A stretch of 64,000 bases of DNA from the NCBI GenBank assembly GCA_964347045.1, contig CAYFXC010000003.1, positions 70,701-134,700 of the forward strand, in the 5' to 3' direction. Positions 47,599 to 56,998 of the stretch are shown one piece after another. The first letter of the stretch is position 1; every line of letters begins with the position of its first letter. The DNA is from an uncultured archaeon. Its GTDB lineage: Archaea; Asgardarchaeota; Hermodarchaeia; Hermodarchaeales; Hermodarchaeaceae. A program made the translations under genes and the position numbers. The notes below the pieces were generated by a model. The model did no database searches. It worked only from the letters and a program-made list of their open reading frames with translations, and was not told the origin of the DNA.

Positions 47599-48506
47599 CC
47601 GTTTTTTTCTACTATTAATGTGTGTTCAGCCTGGGCAATAGGGCTTCCATCCTTTAATCCTAATACTGAATAATTATGAATGCATCCCTCTCGTTTAAGC
47701 ACGTTTAGTATTTGGGCTACTTTGTCTGGTTCTACTAGCTCAGCCATCCAACGGGACGCAAAAGGTAATTGACTAAATTTAATTTTCATCTGACTAAAAA
47801 GAGAGCGTAATTTGGGATCCTTTGGATTTCGCACGTGAGTAAATCCAAAAATATGCCCTGGTTCCAAATTATCAACATGAGGATTTTGGCTATAAGTGGC
47901 GAAGGGTTCAATAGCTACAACCATGTTTTCCTTTAACCGAGGCGAGCTTGTACGTTCCGTTGCGTATGTCACCGAAGGAACAGATATTCCAGCATGAAGA
48001 TTAAATTGTTCGATACTATGGCCTGTGAGGTTTTCAATCGGGCGCGTTTTCATCTGTTGCATTGCGGCTGAAATGGCTTTAGATACATTCCAAATGCGGA
48101 TTCCTGCTCGAACGGTGTTAATTGCTGCCTCCAAACCTGCTTCTGCTCCATCAATAAGCTGTTGAAGGCCTTCATCATCACCGACTAAAACAGTTCGAGC
48201 ATTATCTGCAACAAAACCATCTATGTGTACACCCAGATCAATCTTTACGAGAGCAATATCCGGAATTTGCGTAGAATCATCTAAGCTTGGTGTATAATGA
48301 GCCGCATGATGATTTATCGAGATGTTAATAGGAAACGCAGGTTTTCCACCAAGGCTTTGGATTTTAGTTTCTCCTGCTTCAGCAATTGAATATAATGGTT
48401 CACCTGCTTTTACGAGATCACAAGAAAATACTAGTGCTTCCGAAGCGATTTTTCCAGCACGCTGTAATTTTTCGCGTGTTCGTTCAAACATTGCCATATC
48501 ACGCAT
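47571..48506 (-). CDS. map: Type II methionine aminopeptidase
   Basis: AFP.NIS..AAHYTP, KIDLGVHIDGFVADNA, NLTGH, AIEPF, QAEHT. Confidence 0.96.
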   Translation of the reverse strand: MRDMAMFERTREKLQRAGKIASEALVFSCDLVKAGEPLYSIAEAGETKIQSLGGKPAFPINISINHHAAHYTPSLDDSTQIPDIALVKIDLGVHIDGFVADNARTVLVGDDEGLQQLIDGAEAGLEAAINTVRAGIRIWNVSKAISAAMQQMKTRPIENLTGHSIEQFNLHAGISVPSVTYATERTSSPRLKENMVVAIEPFATYSQNPHVDNLEPGHIFGFTHVRNPKDPKLRSLFSQMKIKFSQLPFASRWMAELVEPDKVAQILNVLKREGCIHNYSVLGLKDGSPIAQAEHTLIVEKNGCTVTTARH

Positions 48507-48637
48507 ATCAAATCGTTTCCGTTAAGTGGATTTGTCTAATTTCACGTGAAATTAAGACAAAATTTGTCGTTGACTTTAATTTAGGTATTACTCCTAGTTT
48601 AGCTAAAGGTCAAAAAGAGTTAAGAATAGACTTTCCA

Positions 48638-51382
48638 ATGGTTAAGAAAGGTGGATGTAAGCCACTTACCTCGGGGGCTCCGAATGTGACTACATTAGCA
48701 GAGCTTCGCAAGTACTACTCCATGCTAAAAGATATTAGTGCAAAATGTCGGACAATTATGGGTGGTCTCCCTTCTGAAATTAAAACCTCATTGGAAGATG
48801 TGGGACGGGAACTTGTAAGCCTAGAAGGTTTTGATAGGGATGCAAAAACGAGTTGGTCCCTAAGTCCGAAAAAACGTCGTCTTATAAAGCAAATTGATCA
48901 AGGGCTGCCAAAAATCGATGAAGATCTCTCTCGTTCACTTCGACTTCACATTGAGCTGTTGAAGACTTACATGACTGAGCTTGAAGAGCTAAAAGCAACA
49001 ATAATGACTTTTGATATTAAACTAGGACGTGATCTCAACAATCTCACCTTTCCTTCGACACAAGGGGGACATTCAGTTGTTTTGCCGGTTCTTTCACGAT
49101 TTGTAGCTAATTTTGAAGGTCTTTCTAAACAATTACGTGACGCTCTACTAAAGCAAACGAATGATATGCTTGAACAAAATCGGGCGTTGATTAAAACCTA
49201 CGATCGGTTTGTTGGTATTGACACGAGTGATGTTTCAATTAGTGCCGAGCGGGAAACTGTTGATGTGAGTACTATCCCGGAGCTTTTTGAAATTCGCAAG
49301 ACACTACGCCAAGAGCATGAATATCTCACAAGTCGACGTGGCGAAGTTGTTGATACATTACGAGCGAAACTGCAAGCTAGTATTGAATCCTCCGTATCCC
49401 TCTTAGAGACTGCTCGTAGTTTGAGTCTCAAAGTTCCTATGGCTATTTCTACATCACTTGAAGCGCTGAAAAAACAACTCAAAGGTGAGACTAATCTCAC
49501 CACACTTCTCGGGTTGGTTCAACAATATGATGGGCAAGTGTTAAAAGCCTCAAGTGAAGTCAGAAGCCAAATACTTGAATTTGGTCATAATCTTAACCGC
49601 ATTCTTGCTAGCGCTAATATCGCTAGTGAAGCCACTTTTCTTCCTCCTTTACCTCCTGAAGTTCCCAAAGATGCGGATTTAGCTGCGCTAGTTGCAAGCT
49701 ATGAACGCCTACAAGCATACCATACCAATGTTGAAACAGCTATCCGTGCTGAGATCATGCGTATAGTAGATGATTTGACTCGTGCTGTAAAACGGAATGT
49801 GCTTCCAAACACTGCGGAACTAGATAAATTCGTGAAAAATGAATCGAAAAAGGTAAAGAAAGGAGATCTGAAAGTTCTTGTCAAGGTATACTCCGAGGTT
49901 GCGGCTCAAATAATTGATGAACATGGAAAATTACTAGCTGAAATTAGAACTCAAGAAGCTTTACTAACTCGAATCTCAGAAACCGCTAGTACAATTCTTG
50001 ATAAAACCACAATGGGTGCAGCTCCTGCTCCTGTTCGAACCACAGACATTAGCTTCCCTGAGTTGGTTGAGGCGTATGCAAGACTACGAAAGCATGTTGA
50101 GAATCGGATCGATCTGTTCCGAAAAGCTTGGGAACGTGAACTCAACGCGCTTCTTGCTGAAATCCAAGTGATAAAACCAACCTATCGGGAATCTTTCAAA
50201 ACCATGGAAGAATTTTTGGAAAGTGCTATTGCACATATCCGCGCTAGTACTAGTTTCGAGGAAATTGAAGAAGTCGCCCGTGAGGCTCAAGGAGATGCTC
50301 TATATAAAGCGCAAGACGCCATTGAAAATCTCAAATATCGCCTAGATCTCAAACTGCGATTGGCGGTTTCAAAACTTTTAGGTATGGGGTTAACTATTCC
50401 TTCGGAAGTCCAGTCAGCCATTCAAGAACTGACAACGGTGGTCCCCGCTAGTGAAACCTATGAAGAAGCGATTCGTAAGGCCCATCACATTGTTGAACTT
50501 TTCGAAAAACGAATTGTGGGATACTTCAACCAGACTCTTAATGAACAAATCAAAGCCTTCTCAGAGTTAACAAGCGTGTCTGCTTCCTTGGGCATCAAAA
50601 CAGACTCTTATGTCAAAGAATCAATGAAACTGCAGGACAAATTACCCGCAAATATTGAGGAACTCCCTGACCGGTTCGACGAACTTCGTGAATTACTTAC
50701 CGACCCTAAGTTGCTTAAGGATATCCGTTCGAAAGCCAACGAAGTCTGGCGAAATCTCAATTCAGTTACTGATCTTCTTGAACGTCATGGACAAGCCGAG
50801 ATTGTAGCTAAACTAAAGGATCTGCTCGCTCGTGTTCCCGACGCCTTAGAAGCTGAACAAGTAAACACTGTTCTTGAAATTTGTATGGCTCTCATTGAAG
50901 CGCAAAATAGTGTACTTGATATTCTTCGCAACATGGAGCAAAAGACTGGACAAGCATACGAGCAGTTATTAGAAAATACTACCGAATACTACTCAACGAT
51001 TAAAAGAGTATACGCGGCACGACCGCTTGAATTTAGCAAAATCATATTTCCGTTAGATACTTTGCAGAATTTGCGTGGAAAATTAGAAACCGTTAATTCT
51101 CTACCCGAATCTATTGATATATTCACAACCATCCGCAGTTTAGAACAGCAATGGTTAGAAAAAATCAAAGAGCTTGATGAATGGCACAAGGCGCTCCGCG
51201 TTTTCCTCGCTGACTTTAATCCAGCGGCGCCTAAAGCTGAACGTAATCGTCAACTCAACGAAATCGAAAAAAGAATTCGCGAAACCTATACGCGCGAGGA
51301 TACTGCAAACTACCTCACTTGGGCTGCCAGAGAACTTGCAGCTGTCATGATCGAACAAAAAACAAAAGCAAAGAAAAAATAG
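48638..51382 (+). CDS. Large all-alpha / coiled-coil protein (~900 aa)
   Basis: Continuous amphipathic helices, no TM, no NTPase motif. The ORF-track start at 48386 overlaps map, so ATG 48638 or GTG 48686 is preferred. Confidence 0.75.
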   Translation: MVKKGGCKPLTSGAPNVTTLAELRKYYSMLKDISAKCRTIMGGLPSEIKTSLEDVGRELVSLEGFDRDAKTSWSLSPKKRRLIKQIDQGLPKIDEDLSRSLRLHIELLKTYMTELEELKATIMTFDIKLGRDLNNLTFPSTQGGHSVVLPVLSRFVANFEGLSKQLRDALLKQTNDMLEQNRALIKTYDRFVGIDTSDVSISAERETVDVSTIPELFEIRKTLRQEHEYLTSRRGEVVDTLRAKLQASIESSVSLLETARSLSLKVPMAISTSLEALKKQLKGETNLTTLLGLVQQYDGQVLKASSEVRSQILEFGHNLNRILASANIASEATFLPPLPPEVPKDADLAALVASYERLQAYHTNVETAIRAEIMRIVDDLTRAVKRNVLPNTAELDKFVKNESKKVKKGDLKVLVKVYSEVAAQIIDEHGKLLAEIRTQEALLTRISETASTILDKTTMGAAPAPVRTTDISFPELVEAYARLRKHVENRIDLFRKAWERELNALLAEIQVIKPTYRESFKTMEEFLESAIAHIRASTSFEEIEEVAREAQGDALYKAQDAIENLKYRLDLKLRLAVSKLLGMGLTIPSEVQSAIQELTTVVPASETYEEAIRKAHHIVELFEKRIVGYFNQTLNEQIKAFSELTSVSASLGIKTDSYVKESMKLQDKLPANIEELPDRFDELRELLTDPKLLKDIRSKANEVWRNLNSVTDLLERHGQAEIVAKLKDLLARVPDALEAEQVNTVLEICMALIEAQNSVLDILRNMEQKTGQAYEQLLENTTEYYSTIKRVYAARPLEFSKIIFPLDTLQNLRGKLETVNSLPESIDIFTTIRSLEQQWLEKIKELDEWHKALRVFLADFNPAAPKAERNRQLNEIEKRIRETYTREDTANYLTWAARELAAVMIEQKTKAKKK

Positions 51383-51394
51383 GGTTGGATTAAC

Positions 51395-52744
51395 ATGGAA
51401 GCAACTGATGAAGGACCGCGAGTCGCGGAAGTATTTGCCATCGGAATTGGAGAATGCGGAAGCAACCTCGTTGGGGCCTACCTCAAGCAAGCGCGTGAAC
51501 GCATGCTACCACCACGTATCCGCGGATACTTGTGCATGAATACTGATCGATCCGACATAACGAAGCTCCGTCAAAAATATGACATTCCCAAAGAAAACAC
51601 TCTCCTTTATGGCGCATCAGATATTGGTTGTGGCGGGAATTTTACTGATGGTTATAATTACGTTCATGACTTTAAAGATGTCATCATGGGTCAGTTGACG
51701 CAACTGGGGTTTGAGGGAGTCTCTGGGTTTGTCATATTTACGTCATCGGGCGGTGGAACTGGCTGTGGAGGCGCCCCCGCTTTAATTGAGATATTAAAGG
51801 AAAGATTTCAAGAGGAAGAAGGCCGTCGCATTTTCGTCTACGTCTTTACCGTACTTCCTTTCAAGGATCAAACCTCTGAAGCTCTCAACACTATGTGGTC
51901 GCTCTCCAAACTTCTGCGTGGGCAATTAGAAGATCGCGGAGCTGATCTTGTTTGTCTCCTTAGTAACCGCGCTATGCTTCGACGTATTCTGGCTTGGCGA
52001 GAAGGCGAAGTAGCTGATTTCTTACAAAAGCAGTTACAAATTGATGTGGCTAAAGTTACCGATGTTGAAGGAATGGTTCCTTCAACTGTCGATGGTGCCG
52101 ATGATGTGTCCAAGGCACAAGAATCAGCTTTTGTGGAACTCGTGAATCCTCTTGCGCTTAGGTTTGTTGAGCACATGCTAAGTCCTGGCGTCGTTGAGCC
52201 GGGTAAAGAAGTTTTTCCGACAACGGACATCGCAGACTACGCAAGGAAACTGGATCCTATTGTGGTGCCCTGTCTATATACTGATGTAAGTCTAATTCCC
52301 TCTGCTGGAAACATTCCGACGCAACTAAAAACAATGGTCAAATATGCCGTTGAACATTGTAGCTTTGCCGAAATCGGTTCAGAGCCAGGGGCTTCATCGA
52401 CATATTATACCTTCTCAGGAACTCGTGAATATGCACGAGCTGAATACGATCCACATATTAAACAGGCGCTTCGCCCTTATATTGCAAAGGGCGCAGCGAT
52501 TACACCCTGTTTTGTGTCCTATGATGAGGACACCCATCCATCTGATTTACTTCTTCTTTTGGGACTTCCTCAGATTCCTGAAATTGAGGATTTGGTAAAT
52601 TCAGCTACTGAACTTGTGGATCTTCATGCAGGTCCCTCGCCACTTCGAAGAGGTTGGTTTAAGAAATCTAAGGGTGTCGGTGAAGAAGTTCTTCGTGCAT
52701 CCATCCGTGATGTTGCTGAATTATTCAATCTCGAAATGAAGTAA
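51395..52744 (+). CDS. Divergent tubulin/FtsZ-superfamily GTPase with tubulin-like features
   Basis: GIGECGSNL, MNTD, GCGGNFTDGY, GFVIFTSSGGGTGCG, LLSNRAM, T7-like TTDIADY, and C-terminal helices. Confidence 0.9.
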   Translation: MEATDEGPRVAEVFAIGIGECGSNLVGAYLKQARERMLPPRIRGYLCMNTDRSDITKLRQKYDIPKENTLLYGASDIGCGGNFTDGYNYVHDFKDVIMGQLTQLGFEGVSGFVIFTSSGGGTGCGGAPALIEILKERFQEEEGRRIFVYVFTVLPFKDQTSEALNTMWSLSKLLRGQLEDRGADLVCLLSNRAMLRRILAWREGEVADFLQKQLQIDVAKVTDVEGMVPSTVDGADDVSKAQESAFVELVNPLALRFVEHMLSPGVVEPGKEVFPTTDIADYARKLDPIVVPCLYTDVSLIPSAGNIPTQLKTMVKYAVEHCSFAEIGSEPGASSTYYTFSGTREYARAEYDPHIKQALRPYIAKGAAITPCFVSYDEDTHPSDLLLLLGLPQIPEIEDLVNSATELVDLHAGPSPLRRGWFKKSKGVGEEVLRASIRDVAELFNLEMK

Positions 52745-52771
52745 ATTAAGCATTAGTGGAGAAGAAGAAGG

Positions 52772-53782
52772 TTGATAACAGCAGAAGAATTGCTGGAACG
52801 CATCCTCATTCTCACCACAGTCAACTCCACTCTTATTCATGCTCTTATTACCATAGAAGCCGAAGGAGATCTTAATCCTAAACAAATCAACCAGCTTGCT
52901 AGAGGAGTCCGGGCGGTTCGAGAATCGGTTGAGCAAGCACTAGTCGACTCAAAAAATAACAATATTTCTTCAGGTTCGTCCTTTGTGGATGACACCATCA
53001 AAGTTATTCTCACTCATCTTGAACGCATTGAAGCAGCCTTGGACTCATATGCGAAATCGCGAAAGAGAAAAATCTCAAAAGTGGAAGTAAAAGAACCCAT
53101 TATTGCTACCCAACAACTAGTTGCTGAAGCTAGCGAGGATCTTGCGGGACTTACTAGTAAGCCATTTCAACGTCGACTTTCTGTTTTTGATCCGGATAAG
53201 CTTCTTCCACCTATTCAGCAGTTATTGGATAAGTATTCCAGCAGGAGTCACCTTCTTTTACCCAATTATTGGTTCGAATCATGTCGGGAGCTATTCCGAT
53301 ACAGTGAACCACGTGAGGTGATCAAAGAAGTTACGCGTATAGCAAGTCAAATTTTCTACTCTCTTACACGCCGATTTCTTGCTGAAGCACCCTGTGCAGG
53401 TCTGCTTCAAGAACTTTCACGAAAAGGTTCACTAGGCAACGAATTAAACAGCCGTGAACGGAATAAAATCGCGGGAACTAGTAGTGAGTTCTATGATCAG
53501 CTTGCTAAAGCTCTAAAAGAAAATTCAGTAAAATCGAGTATTTCAGATGCTAAACGGAGTCTTCGCTCCTTTGATTGGGGTCCGGCTGACGTAGAGAAAC
53601 GGGTAGTTGGTGTAATTCATCGCAGTGCACGAGAACTTGTGGACCAAGCTGCAGATGGTAAGACTCTTTCAGTCCTAGAACGAATTATCCACGCTGAGCT
53701 TAGTCGCTACATCTCTGCGTTAGCTACGAATCTCCATAACTTACCGCGATTAAACAAATTGTTAACCGATATGAAGGTCTAA
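52772..53782 (+). CDS. Hypothetical alpha-helical protein, co-oriented with the tubulin-like gene
   Basis: 336-aa ORF 27 bp downstream with a purine-rich RBS; helical pattern. Confidence 0.7.
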   Translation: MITAEELLERILILTTVNSTLIHALITIEAEGDLNPKQINQLARGVRAVRESVEQALVDSKNNNISSGSSFVDDTIKVILTHLERIEAALDSYAKSRKRKISKVEVKEPIIATQQLVAEASEDLAGLTSKPFQRRLSVFDPDKLLPPIQQLLDKYSSRSHLLLPNYWFESCRELFRYSEPREVIKEVTRIASQIFYSLTRRFLAEAPCAGLLQELSRKGSLGNELNSRERNKIAGTSSEFYDQLAKALKENSVKSSISDAKRSLRSFDWGPADVEKRVVGVIHRSARELVDQAADGKTLSVLERIIHAELSRYISALATNLHNLPRLNKLLTDMKV

Positions 53783-54390
53783 GTTGGGTATAGTCGCTTC
53801 TTTAATTGTGCGTTCCCTGTTTCAACGTCATAATCAATCAAATCTGCTCGAGAAAGGTCGCCCAATGCTTTTCTGATTGCAGTAGCTTCATGTCCGGCTG
53901 TTTTTGTAATCTCGTCGCGGGTCATCTTTTTCTTCTTTCCATGCAAAAGGAACAATGTCTTCGCATGGGGTTGAGCATAAAAGACGTCTTCAAGTAACGC
54001 AATGTATAGGGCTAACAATTCCTGAACCGGGATTGATGTTTCTTGTTCAGCTACCAGCTCTTTGTAGGTGTCAGACATCTTCTCTAATTGTGTCTTAATG
54101 GCGTTAAGTTCTGATTCTAAAGCTCGGTTCTTGACCATCAAATCAGTTGATTTATCCGCTGATTCCTTCAGTTCATTGATTGTTCTTTCCAATCTGTCAA
54201 TGGTCGCATTCTTGTTTTGAAGGTCACTGGTTAATTCCTCTATGCGTGCTTCTGCGGTTTTATTCCGTTCACGTTGCTCTACAAGCTCTTGGTTCATGTC
54301 ATTGACAATTTTTTGAACTTTTTTTACAGTCTTTGTGGCTTCAGCAGGATAATCCTTTTCGGGTGGTTTCTCAGTTGCCATTCTATTCAC
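53779..54390 (-). CDS. Coiled-coil + C-terminal winged-helix protein
   Basis: Heptads over ~aa 20-115; MTRDEITKTAGHEATAIRKALGDLSRADLIDYD. Confidence 0.75.
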   Translation of the reverse strand: MNRMATEKPPEKDYPAEATKTVKKVQKIVNDMNQELVEQRERNKTAEARIEELTSDLQNKNATIDRLERTINELKESADKSTDLMVKNRALESELNAIKTQLEKMSDTYKELVAEQETSIPVQELLALYIALLEDVFYAQPHAKTLFLLHGKKKKMTRDEITKTAGHEATAIRKALGDLSRADLIDYDVETGNAQLKKRLYPT

Positions 54391-54448
54391 CTTCTATTGT
54401 CACTTTACATTGCTTAGGGTTTCTTGTATTTATGGCTAGAGTTTTCAT

Positions 54449-55480
54449 CTACTTAGTGTTTTTTTGTTTGCGAGTTGCAATACGGTTGAGTTGAGGTGGT
54501 GGCGGAGGTGCTACAATTGATTCTTGGGTAAAATCGAAAATAGTTATCACGTCATTTTCAAACGTTGCCTTCAGTTGTTGTGTAGAATCCACAGTTCCCA
54601 ATGAGGTGGCTGTTAATTTATGTTCTTTAAAGATGGATATGACCGATTTAACATTATCCGGAATAGTCGTGACGATAAACCCTGTCGAGATGTACATTTT
54701 CAACCAAGTAGTTAAATCAAGATTCTTTGGAACAGGTATAGCCGCAAAATCGATGGTTGCGCCCTTTTGCGCATACTCCAACATTAGAAGGCTTGTCCCA
54801 ATAATGCCTCCGTTGCTCAAATCCTTTGATGCGGTAAGAAGACATCGTTCTGCAAGAACTCGCATTGCTTCATATCGTTTGAGAACATCCTTCGACTTCT
54901 TAAGGGCGGTAGTGTCCCATCCAAACTCATAATTCGGAGAAACACGTCCTTCTAAATCGACTGCTAGAATGAGCTGATCACCTGGCTGAGCTCCACCCGC
55001 ACTGATATAGGCTTCTCTGGGAACTGTTCCACAAATTGATGCACTTACTCCATTAATCGGGGCATTGGGTGTCGTATGTCCTCGGACTACTTCAACTTTG
55101 AACTTTTGCCCCGCGTCACAGATTCCTTCCATAAACTTCACACCTGCTTCCATTTCAGTGAATGCGACGTTAACCATAGCCACAATTGGGCGTCCACCCG
55201 CTGCATAGATATCATTCACATTAACAAGGATAGCAGCATACCCGGCAACATACGGCTTAGACTCCGCTAGTTCTGGGATGACTGCATCTGTTGAAAGCAA
55301 AATAAGATTATCTCCACCCAGGTCAATGGCTGCGGAGTCCTCTCCAATTGAAGAGAGAACATGTGGGCATTTGAACCCTTCATTTCGAAGAATTGTTACC
55401 AGTTGACCAATTGGTTGTTTACGGCGTAATCCCCAATAGTCTTTTACATCAGAAACGATAGTAGACAACTTTTCAGGCAT
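54449..55480 (-). CDS. AIR synthase (PurM)-related protein (methanogenesis marker 2/Sll0787-like)
   Basis: GEDSAAI, LVNVNDIYAAGGRP, GHT, SKDLSNGGIIG. Confidence 0.85.
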   Translation of the reverse strand: MPEKLSTIVSDVKDYWGLRRKQPIGQLVTILRNEGFKCPHVLSSIGEDSAAIDLGGDNLILLSTDAVIPELAESKPYVAGYAAILVNVNDIYAAGGRPIVAMVNVAFTEMEAGVKFMEGICDAGQKFKVEVVRGHTTPNAPINGVSASICGTVPREAYISAGGAQPGDQLILAVDLEGRVSPNYEFGWDTTALKKSKDVLKRYEAMRVLAERCLLTASKDLSNGGIIGTSLLMLEYAQKGATIDFAAIPVPKNLDLTTWLKMYISTGFIVTTIPDNVKSVISIFKEHKLTATSLGTVDSTQQLKATFENDVITIFDFTQESIVAPPPPPQLNRIATRKQKNTK

Positions 55481-55586
55481 CTAAATGCAGGCTCCTCAAA
55501 TAGAATCGAGTATGTAGGTTTCGATAAAACTTGTGGTTACAACGCATTATAGAACGAAAAAAGCTATGAAATCATGTGAATTGAAT

Positions 55587-56978
55587 TTAACCAGTTATTG
55601 AAACTCCATCAATGAGCAGGCTTGGGGTTGATACAAATAATGAAGTAATTTCAATATCACTCCCGATTTCACGCAACTGCTCTAATCCTGTATAGAAGTT
55701 GCCTGCAATCGACACAGGTTCAAGAGGATGCTTCTTTTCTCCGTTTTCTATTAGAAACACCGAATTTGCCACTGCTGAAAATTCGCCCGTTGCAACGGTA
55801 CTATGAAAGATTCCAATTGGAATATCCATTATTAGCAATCCTTTCCCGTCAATTGAAGCAATGAGGTCTTCCTGAGATTTCTTCCCTTGTCTGACTTCAA
55901 GATTCTTTCCAAATATTGTGGGGGCATGTTCATAGGGTAAACGGGACCCAAATGGTCCTCCTGAACGAGCACTATTACCTGTTGATCCGGTTCCTGCAAT
56001 CCGCCCATAGTATGAATCAAAAAGGAAGCCTCTCAAAACACCTTTCTCGATAATGGTGGTTTTTCCTTGCGGATGACCCTCCGCATCAATTGCCTCAGTC
56101 GAGATTCCCAGAGGATCTTGCCCATCATCAACGAGTGTTAAACTAGAATGTGCGATTTTTTCTCCAAGCTTATTACTTAATGGGGACACGCCTTCAACAA
56201 CTGCTTGTCCCTTGGCGGATTGTTGAAGACTTGCTAAAATGTAGCTTGCTGCCGCCCAAGGTACCCATAAAGTAGGCAATTTAGTGGTTTGATTCAATCT
56301 CTTTGTTCCTAGCATGCTTATGGCTTTGTCAGCTGCTTTTTGTCCAATACCAGTAACATCGAGTGCCTTCTCTCGAGTGATTAATTCCTCTGAAGCTGTT
56401 CTTCGTTCCTCTCCCTCAATCGCCATAGCGTAAGCACTACAGGCGTTATGTGCTGAGGTTGATGCCTGCTGCAGACCTAGCGAATTGCCAATGGCAAAAC
56501 CACCCCACGTTCTTAGACATTCAACTGCTGCTAGTATACGACCATTTGCTTTGGTCACGTCTCCAATTAATTGGAGAGACGATTTTACCAAATCCTCTGT
56601 TGTTATCTCAAGAATCTCATTGGAAAATTTACCTTCTTTTCCAGGAGGTTTTGGTTCGCAAAATCCCTTGAAGCGTGTGTCTTTTTCTGAAGTTGCCTTC
56701 AAACTTGCTAAAGCGTCTTTTATGCTTCTTTTTATCTGGTTGGCTGCTATTCCACTCGAAGAAGAAAAACTAACACGTTGGTCTTTTGACATTCGTACGG
56801 CATTTCCTGCTACAATTCCATCGGTTGCTTCTACAATCCCCTGTTTAATTTCCACATTCGACTCACTTCGGTAATACAAGAACAATTCAAAGTCTGCAGT
56901 CTTATCCAAAGATTGCGCAAATTTAAGACCCGAATCCACTTCCGCCAGTAATGTATCCTTTATTTTCTCATATTCCAT
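55587..56978 (-). CDS. pmbA: TldE/PmbA family protein
   Basis: DAEG.P...IEKGVL..FL.D.Y, STGNSAR, TGEFS, IAGN; no HExxxH. Confidence 0.88.
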   Translation of the reverse strand: MEYEKIKDTLLAEVDSGLKFAQSLDKTADFELFLYYRSESNVEIKQGIVEATDGIVAGNAVRMSKDQRVSFSSSSGIAANQIKRSIKDALASLKATSEKDTRFKGFCEPKPPGKEGKFSNEILEITTEDLVKSSLQLIGDVTKANGRILAAVECLRTWGGFAIGNSLGLQQASTSAHNACSAYAMAIEGEERRTASEELITREKALDVTGIGQKAADKAISMLGTKRLNQTTKLPTLWVPWAAASYILASLQQSAKGQAVVEGVSPLSNKLGEKIAHSSLTLVDDGQDPLGISTEAIDAEGHPQGKTTIIEKGVLRGFLFDSYYGRIAGTGSTGNSARSGGPFGSRLPYEHAPTIFGKNLEVRQGKKSQEDLIASIDGKGLLIMDIPIGIFHSTVATGEFSAVANSVFLIENGEKKHPLEPVSIAGNFYTGLEQLREIGSDIEITSLFVSTPSLLIDGVSITG

Positions 56979-56998
56979 CAGAGTTCATCTCCGTTCTT

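Noticed and set aside
48386-48637. N-terminal 84 aa of the 998-aa ORF
   Set aside because: Overlaps the divergent map gene and its promoter region; a downstream start is more plausible.
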